Below, piece after piece: positions 57,959 to 64,000 of a stretch of 64,000 nucleotides of DNA. The position numbers were made by a program, and so were the translations under genes. The notes under the pieces are model-generated. The model did not search any database. It was given only the letters and a program-made list of their open reading frames with translations, and had not been told where the DNA came from. The DNA comes from Bdellovibrionota bacterium (GTDB lineage: Bacteria > Bdellovibrionota_C > UBA2361 > JBGSMV01): assembly GCA_041739995.1 (NCBI GenBank), contig JBGSMV010000008.1:1-64000 (forward strand), read 5' to 3'. The number at the start of each line of letters is the position of its first letter. Positions within the stretch are counted from its first letter, which is position 1.

Positions 57959-60460
57959 CTAACGCGCCCCGCGCTTCAGGGCTCGGCAGATGCGCTGGTC
58001 AGTGAGGGCTTTCGAGGTTACACCCGGTGCTACTTTTAACGAGCGCTTGGCTCGAGTCTCACCTGCGTATAGCAGTCTCAGCTTAAGTGCCACCGGGCGG
58101 TCAATAGCGGGAATCCGAAGGGCAACTGCGGCCTCAGAATCAGAGCTCGTGGTAACGCTCTTAATTACACCGCAATCTTTTCGCCTCACCTTTACCGCCA
58201 CTGAAATACTCTTGTTTGCCGCTCTCTCGTTCCCGCTCACCGAAACCGTCACCCGCTTTCCACCCCGAACCTTCCGCTTTCCAGATAGCGTGAATTGGAG
58301 GCTTTCATGAGGAAGCGACTTCCATTCCTCCAGCAAGTAGCGCAACGCCTCGGGTTCATTTGTCGGCTCGCCATTGCCTAAATGGTCCTGACTATTCACT
58401 CCATGACACGACGCACAAACTCGAATCTCTCCAGGTTGAAAGGTAAGCCATAGACGTTCACGCACTACGCCCACACCGTCTTCATCGGTCAGTTGATAGG
58501 TGAGGGGACGGGTTGCTGGCACAAAGGCCGCTACCGAACCGTCGTTCGCCACCTTCACACTTCCCGCAGGGCCTTGAGCATTCTCAGGATTATCATCTAC
58601 ACCATGCATTTCCGTCGGAATTATGCGTCGCCCCGCTGTGCCACTACCTCCGGCATAGCCCCTCAACTGATCACCCTGAAAGAACTGAAAATGTGAAATG
58701 TCGTAGATTTTTCCACTTCGTGGGAGTGACTGAGTTTCAGTGTCTTTAACTCGAAGGTTTGCTGGCTGTTGTCGATCAAGCTTATCTCTAGTCGTAACGT
58801 TTCTGCTCACTACCAGCGCAAGCTGATTCTCCCGAAGGTAATCCTGAAACTCTATGACGCTCACTCCCACATCGTCGAAAACATTCTGCTCAATGGCTGG
58901 AACGCTTGAGCTGCGCACGTTTGGTCGCGTCCGCGCCACTAATTCTCGCGGTTGCAGTTCCCACATGGTGACCGCATTAAACGACACGAGCACGTCTGGG
59001 CTCCAAAACGAGAGGGTCTTCTGAATGCCGGAGGTAAGCAGAGCGCCTGGCACATGGTAACCACCTGAAGGAGAGAACTCCTTTATCCGATAGCTGTAGC
59101 GTGACTGCGGTGCAGCAGTGGACCCAGTATTCGAATCCGCTCGCGTTTCACTGGTGTGACTCGCCACGATGCTACCGTCCGACAACGGCAGTGGATCTCT
59201 ACTTAGCCCGATATGATTGACACTTGGGGTGTCGTCCGTACCGGCAGTATCGGCGTGGGTTACGTATTCAATCTCTATGGCATCCGCCGCCAGAGTAGGA
59301 GGTGCATTAAAGCGAATGATTTGTCCGGAGGCATGAGTTCCAAACTCAGGTGCGCTAAGAGCTACGTACCGACCAGGGGTAGACGGGTCTTCCAAGATTT
59401 GGAACATATTCTCAACGGCGTTCTGATTAAGCCGCGAGTATTGACCATAGAATTCGACTACGTTCGAGTCGTTGTCGAAGCTCTTGCCCAGATAGTCGAC
59501 TAGCTCATGGCGCCCGACATGGTTGATAGTTTCCATTTCGGTTCCGTCTTCATTAATCTGCCAAGGCAGGAAGTGATTGAAGCGATGAAGGTCTAGATGA
59601 TCGTCTGGGTCCTGCTCGCAGCTTCCCCGCGCTTCCGGAAACACTTCTACATCAGTGTCTAGCACTTGAGCATCTGAAGCTTCCGATGAATAGTTAAAAG
59701 CCTGGAATCCTGAATTTGAGCAGCGGTTCTGCTGGTCGCGTTGTAGATGATCCCAGCGCGTAAAAATCACTCGTCCAAAACTATCGATTGAGGGCGAGAA
59801 GTCGCCTGAGGGCGCGTGGTCTAGGTGAACAAGCATTCCTGTTCCCGGTGTCAGTTTCCATAGTCCAGTATTTGTCGGCGATGACTCATATTCGTCACGC
59901 TGAGGGTAGAGGTGCGCGGCGCCGTCCCGCGAGCGATCGGAGGTAAAAATAATACTATCGTCCGTCGCATAAATCGGAGAGACGTTGTTGAAGGTGTCAG
60001 GTTGGTTCACCACCTTGGTAATTACTGGAGTGTCACTGACTCCCAATCCGGTGACCTCATACATTTGCCAGCGATAGGAATTGACCTGGTACTGCTGCGT
60101 GGGCGCACCGATCAACATACTAAAGATGACTTTGTTGCCACTCCAGTGAACCGTAGGATCTCGAACGGCTATTGAGCTCGCACCTTGTTGATTGGCGTTG
60201 CCATATCCAGCCGCGGCAGTGAGGTTTTTTAGGGTGCCGTCAACATAGCGAATGTAGAGATCTCCGCCACGTGGGACCGCATCCATGCTGCCTAAGTGAT
60301 TTCCAAAAGTCGCATTGATAGTGGTGAAGTCGTATGGCCAGGGAGGCTGGGTAACGAACACGATCGGATTCGAAGGAAGCGCAAAAGCGTGAGGAATCGG
60401 AAATATAGTGCACGATACCAATAATACGAAAATCGCCCAACGCTTTGTGCTGCCCGTCAT
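57959..60460 (-). CDS. Secreted hydrazine-synthase-alpha-like (HzsA-related) protein with one heme-c motif
   Basis: Signal peptide; propeller-like repeats (VRDPTVHWSG.KVIFS, GRVIFTRWD); DGSVAAFVPA.RPL.YQL.D..G...ERLWLTFQPGEIRVCASCHG (CxxCH). Confidence 0.8.
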   Translation of the reverse strand: MTGSTKRWAIFVLLVSCTIFPIPHAFALPSNPIVFVTQPPWPYDFTTINATFGNHLGSMDAVPRGGDLYIRYVDGTLKNLTAAAGYGNANQQGASSIAVRDPTVHWSGNKVIFSMLIGAPTQQYQVNSYRWQMYEVTGLGVSDTPVITKVVNQPDTFNNVSPIYATDDSIIFTSDRSRDGAAHLYPQRDEYESSPTNTGLWKLTPGTGMLVHLDHAPSGDFSPSIDSFGRVIFTRWDHLQRDQQNRCSNSGFQAFNYSSEASDAQVLDTDVEVFPEARGSCEQDPDDHLDLHRFNHFLPWQINEDGTEMETINHVGRHELVDYLGKSFDNDSNVVEFYGQYSRLNQNAVENMFQILEDPSTPGRYVALSAPEFGTHASGQIIRFNAPPTLAADAIEIEYVTHADTAGTDDTPSVNHIGLSRDPLPLSDGSIVASHTSETRADSNTGSTAAPQSRYSYRIKEFSPSGGYHVPGALLTSGIQKTLSFWSPDVLVSFNAVTMWELQPRELVARTRPNVRSSSVPAIEQNVFDDVGVSVIEFQDYLRENQLALVVSRNVTTRDKLDRQQPANLRVKDTETQSLPRSGKIYDISHFQFFQGDQLRGYAGGSGTAGRRIIPTEMHGVDDNPENAQGPAGSVKVANDGSVAAFVPATRPLTYQLTDEDGVGVVRERLWLTFQPGEIRVCASCHGVNSQDHLGNGEPTNEPEALRYLLEEWKSLPHESLQFTLSGKRKVRGGKRVTVSVSGNERAANKSISVAVKVRRKDCGVIKSVTTSSDSEAAVALRIPAIDRPVALKLRLLYAGETRAKRSLKVAPGVTSKALTDQRICRALKRGAR

Positions 60461-60705
60461 AGTCAGTAGAGGTCGGTGTTTACCTTAAAACAGTTGAGAA
60501 AGTGTGCCTTCGAGGCTCTTAAAGCGGCTCTGGCCCATCAAGGGGACAGTAGGTATGTTTCGCAGGGCGGCGGTGACCTACGATTTTTTATGACTCGCCA
60601 TCAAGCAGGACTGGCCAGGTGCGCTATGCCCGTCAAAGTTAGGCCGATTTTACCGCCCCTGTTTCTGCGTGTATCCTCCCACCGAAATAATAGAAAGATT
60701 TCTCC

Positions 60706-62553
60706 ATGCCTGCACCATTACTTAGCGCCACATCGATTTCAAAACGCTTTGGCCCCAACCCACTTTTTCAAGACATTACTCTGGTCGTGCACGAGCAAGA
60801 GCGCATCGGCATGATTGGTGCCAACGGTTCCGGCAAGTCGACGCTAATGAAGATCCTCAGTCTTAGCGTTGACCCAGACAGCGGCACTGTCAGCTACCGA
60901 AAGGGGCTACAGAGCTCACTGGTCGCCCAGGAAGACACCTTTCCCGAACATGCCACCGTAACCACAGTACTCGAGCAGGCGCTTGACTCGCTTCCTTTGT
61001 CCGATAGGGAGCGGGCGTCAAGAATCGCCGTCATGCTTGGCAGCGCAAATTTTGTCGACACCGACCAGCTAGCCGCTTCGCTCTCAGGCGGATGGCGTAA
61101 ACGGTTGGCATTGGCCGCCAGCATCATACGACAGCCTGAGGTGCTCTTTTTAGATGAGCCCACCAATCACCTAGACATCGAAGGCATTCTCTGGCTCGAA
61201 GAGCAGCTGGCTGATTTTCGCGGCGCGCTGTTGTTTGTAAGCCATGACCGCTATTTCCTCGAACGCGTTGCAGAGCGCATGGTCGAACTCGACCGCCGCT
61301 ACCCTAGCGGGATGCTCTCATTCGACGGAGCCTATAGCGATTTTCTTGAGCAGCGGGAAATGTACTTGGCGGCTCGTCGCAGCCAGGAAGCTTCTCTTGC
61401 AAACAAGGTCCGTCGTGAAATTGAATGGCTAAGACGCGGCCCCAAAGCACGGCGCACCAAGTCAAAGTCTCGCATCAAGAATGCGCACGTAATGATTCAA
61501 ACTCTTAGTGATACTCAACTTGCCGAGGAACGAGCGCGTTTCGCCTTCTCACCAGCCTCTTCCCGAAGTGATGAGTTGCTGAAACTTGAACAGGTTGAAA
61601 AGCGTATCGCGAATAGGGTCCTGTTTTCAAACCTTACGCTCACGCTTACCCCTGGCACCCGGCTTGGCGTCATTGGCCCCAATGGCTGTGGCAAGTCAAC
61701 ACTTCTAAAAACGCTGGCCGGAACTCTAGAGCCAGACGAAGGTAAGATCACCCGAGCACCGAACCTTCGAGTGGTCATGTTCGATCAATTACGAACCTCA
61801 CTTAACCGCGACCAAACTCTGCGCACGGCTCTTTGTCGAGAGGGCGACCAAGTATACTTTAACGACAAGCCGATTCATGTCGCTTCATGGGCAAGGAGGT
61901 TCTTATTTCAGACCGACCAACTAAACGTCCCGCTTCGCTATCTATCAGGTGGCGAACAAGCACGTGCGCTATTTGCACGCTGCATGGTTGAGCCAGCCGA
62001 TGTTCTTATATTGGATGAGCCTACGAACGATCTCGATATCCCGACGCTTGAGGTACTAGAGGAGAGCCTCTCGGAGTTCGTAGGCGCAATCGTACTAGTG
62101 ACTCATGACCGTTTTCTGCTGGATAGAGTCGCTACCAAGGTGTTCGGCTTCGGAGACTTTGAGCACGGTGGACTCTTCGCCAGTTATGCGCAGTGGGAGA
62201 GGGCACGAGAGCAACTCGATGCGCCTGACCGCGCCGAGTCAGGCGCTCGCTCGCCACAGGGCTCCGCAGATGCAAGTTCATCTAAACCGAAACGTACTGC
62301 GCTAACTTTTGGCGAAAAAATCGAGCTAGAAAAGCTTGAGAAGGCCATTCCAAAGCTCGAAATCAAGCTACAAAAGCGCACGAGCGCTCTTTCTGACCCT
62401 TCGCATGCTTCGGATAGTAACAAGTTACAAGAACTCCTGAACGAAGAGGTGGCAGCACGAAAGGATTTAGATGCTGCCTACGCACGCTGGGAGGAACTCG
62501 AAGCGAAGAAGGTCGAATTTGAAGCAGCTTCCGGTTTGATAGATCCTGGATAG
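60706..62553 (+). CDS. uup: ABC-F family ATPase, Uup-like
   Basis: Two ABC domains (GANGSGKS/LSGGW/DEPTNHLD; GPNGCGKS/LSGGE/DEPTNDLD), WLRRGPKAR linker, C-terminal AYARWEELE. Confidence 0.9.
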   Translation: MPAPLLSATSISKRFGPNPLFQDITLVVHEQERIGMIGANGSGKSTLMKILSLSVDPDSGTVSYRKGLQSSLVAQEDTFPEHATVTTVLEQALDSLPLSDRERASRIAVMLGSANFVDTDQLAASLSGGWRKRLALAASIIRQPEVLFLDEPTNHLDIEGILWLEEQLADFRGALLFVSHDRYFLERVAERMVELDRRYPSGMLSFDGAYSDFLEQREMYLAARRSQEASLANKVRREIEWLRRGPKARRTKSKSRIKNAHVMIQTLSDTQLAEERARFAFSPASSRSDELLKLEQVEKRIANRVLFSNLTLTLTPGTRLGVIGPNGCGKSTLLKTLAGTLEPDEGKITRAPNLRVVMFDQLRTSLNRDQTLRTALCREGDQVYFNDKPIHVASWARRFLFQTDQLNVPLRYLSGGEQARALFARCMVEPADVLILDEPTNDLDIPTLEVLEESLSEFVGAIVLVTHDRFLLDRVATKVFGFGDFEHGGLFASYAQWERAREQLDAPDRAESGARSPQGSADASSSKPKRTALTFGEKIELEKLEKAIPKLEIKLQKRTSALSDPSHASDSNKLQELLNEEVAARKDLDAAYARWEELEAKKVEFEAASGLIDPG

Positions 62554-62630
62554 CCTCCCCCCAATAATTGGACATTTTGTCGACGACGCTACTGCGCTAA
62601 ACATGAAGTGAGAGCCCGAGGAGTCACACT

Positions 62631-63362
62631 ATGCCGATAGACCTACTCTATGACCCCAACACCTACGTTTCTCTTCTGACACTCACGCTGCTTGAGATCG
62701 TGCTGGGCATCGATAATATTATTTTCATCTCCATCCTTGCCGCGCGTCTGCCTGAGAGCCAACAGGCACGCGCTCGCTCCTTTGGGCTGCTCTTTGCCTT
62801 GGGTACCAGAATACTGTTGCTGATGATGATCGCCTGGATTGCCGGGCTCATTACGCCTCTATTTTCTGTATTGTCACACGAAGTAAGCGGACGTGATCTG
62901 GTGTTATTGGGCGGAGGACTATTCCTAATCGCCAAAAGTACGGTGGAGATTCATCACCGGCTCGAAGGCGACCAAGAATCCCAGACTGCAGGAAGCAAAA
63001 ATCCAGGATTCTGGAATACCGTTTCCCAAATTGTATTACTCGATATTGTATTTTCGTTTGACTCGGTGATTACCGCTGTTGGCCTGGTCAAGGAAATTCC
63101 TATCATGGTGGCGGCTATCGTGATTTCCATGGCGGTAATGCTGTGGTCGGCAGGATGGATCAGCAACTTTATTCATCGCCATCCCACTATTAAAATGTTG
63201 GCGCTCTCATTCCTACTCATGATCGGCACACTGCTGGTTGCAGAGGGATTTCACTTTCACGTTCCAAAAGGCTATGTTTACTTTGCGATGGCGTTCTCTC
63301 TGCTTGTTGAGCTGCTCAATTTACAGGTTCGAAAGCGCTCAAACATCGCAGCAACCAAATAG
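62631..63362 (+). CDS. TerC family membrane protein
   Basis: LEIVLGIDNIIFI, LDIVFSFDSVITAVG, HPTIKMLALSFL, KGYVYFAMAFS. Confidence 0.93.
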   Translation: MPIDLLYDPNTYVSLLTLTLLEIVLGIDNIIFISILAARLPESQQARARSFGLLFALGTRILLLMMIAWIAGLITPLFSVLSHEVSGRDLVLLGGGLFLIAKSTVEIHHRLEGDQESQTAGSKNPGFWNTVSQIVLLDIVFSFDSVITAVGLVKEIPIMVAAIVISMAVMLWSAGWISNFIHRHPTIKMLALSFLLMIGTLLVAEGFHFHVPKGYVYFAMAFSLLVELLNLQVRKRSNIAATK

Positions 63363-63398
63363 CGGGCGATAAGAAGAGGAGGTCAAGAAAGTAGCGAC

Positions 63399-63444
63399 CA
63401 TGCCTTTCTAGACATGCCTTTCTAGACAGGCTTTTCTAGACAGG
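63399..63444. repeat. 14-bp tandem repeat, about 3.3 copies
   Basis: CATGCCTTTCTAGA x2, CAGGCTTTTCTAGA, CAGG. Confidence 0.75.
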
Positions 63445-63591
63445 TGATTCAAGTCCCCAGTTGCGCTTTGGCGCCTTGCCGGTAAAGCTCAAATCAGTCG
63501 GCCTCTCGCCCCGAGAGAAGAGAGTTGCCTTTCCCGCCGACAGGAGGCCAGTGGACTAGCTATCTACGAATTAAGCATTTTATTAGGGCAT

Positions 63592-64000
63592 ATGTTTCGA
63601 ATTAGGCAGATCACAAGCACCAAGCTACCGATAGATCAAAAACTCGTGGCTCAAGTGGTGCAGATGCTTAAAGATCGCCTTCCTGGAATCCCAGAGCGAG
63701 AGCTTGAAGGAATTCCCGGCAAACTTGAGAACCCACTTGAATACGATATGCACCCAATGCTTTTTGTCGCCGATGGGGCGAACGGAAAGTTGCTTGGGTT
63801 TGCACTTGTCTCGCATGCGTTTAAGGAAAAGTTTTGCCTTCTCGACTATCTGGCGTCCGAGGTGGCAGGTGGGGGCGGGGTAGGGGCGTCCCTCTATTCT
63901 CACGTCAGAGAAGTGGCGAAGCTGCTAAAAGTTCAGGGAGTTTACTTTGAATGCTTGCCAGATGATCCGGCGCTTTGCTCTCTACCAGAGTACGCCAAGA
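63592..64000 (+). CDS. 5' part of a GNAT-domain protein (possibly a GNAT/histone-deacetylase-like fusion); runs off the window
   Basis: Manual translation MFRIRQITS..LFVADG.NGKLLGFAL..FCLLDYLAS..GGGVGASLY..VRE..GVYFECLPDDP; absent from the ORF track because it has no stop. Confidence 0.75.
   Translation, partial: MFRIRQITSTKLPIDQKLVAQVVQMLKDRLPGIPERELEGIPGKLENPLEYDMHPMLFVADGANGKLLGFALVSHAFKEKFCLLDYLASEVAGGGGVGASLYSHVREVAKLLKVQGVYFECLPDDPALCSLPEYAK

Noticed and set aside
57959..60460. Anammox hydrazine synthase
   Set aside because: Only an alpha-like chain with one CxxCH; no hzsB/hzsC or other anammox genes.
62554..62630. Possible yybP-ykoY manganese riboswitch upstream of the TerC gene
   Set aside because: The gap is under 80 nt and lacks the AAGGGGAGUAGC-type core.

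Overview
Chromosomal bacterial DNA, gene-dense, with no rRNA, tRNA, CRISPR array, intact transposase or prophage that I could see. The gene content (orphan flagellin, orphan LivJ-like binding protein, many orphan genes) suggests a deltaproteobacteria-like or Bdellovibrionota-like organism; this is inference. Recognisable modules are: a cobalamin riboswitch with a btuB-F-D-C operon; an OmpA-domain membrane protein; an N-domain-less ClpA/C-type ATPase; an LRR-protein kinase; a universal stress protein; a czcI-like/czcCBA heavy-metal efflux operon; an SDR/FAD-oxidoreductase/DUF1365/cfa lipid-modification cluster next to an ECF sigma and zinc anti-sigma pair; flagellin; an RhlE helicase; a desaturase; an S66 peptidase; an NADP alcohol dehydrogenase; two planctomycete-type dockerin proteins; a hydrazine-synthase-alpha-like heme protein; Uup; TerC; and a truncated GNAT gene. 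The most unusual signals are: (1) a three-copy, 148-178 bp non-coding element with terminal inverted repeats and CTAG-like flanks, built in nested layers around a 30-nt GTAG/GAAG hairpin unit that in one copy sits inside another copy of itself; (2) about nine orphan or enzyme genes whose products begin with disordered Pro/Ser-rich leaders and no Sec signal, which are candidate secreted effectors; (3) recognisable sigma28, sigma54 and ECF promoters on orphan genes; and (4) several Phycisphaerales-like genes that may be horizontally acquired. All family assignments come from motifs read by eye; no database searches were run.
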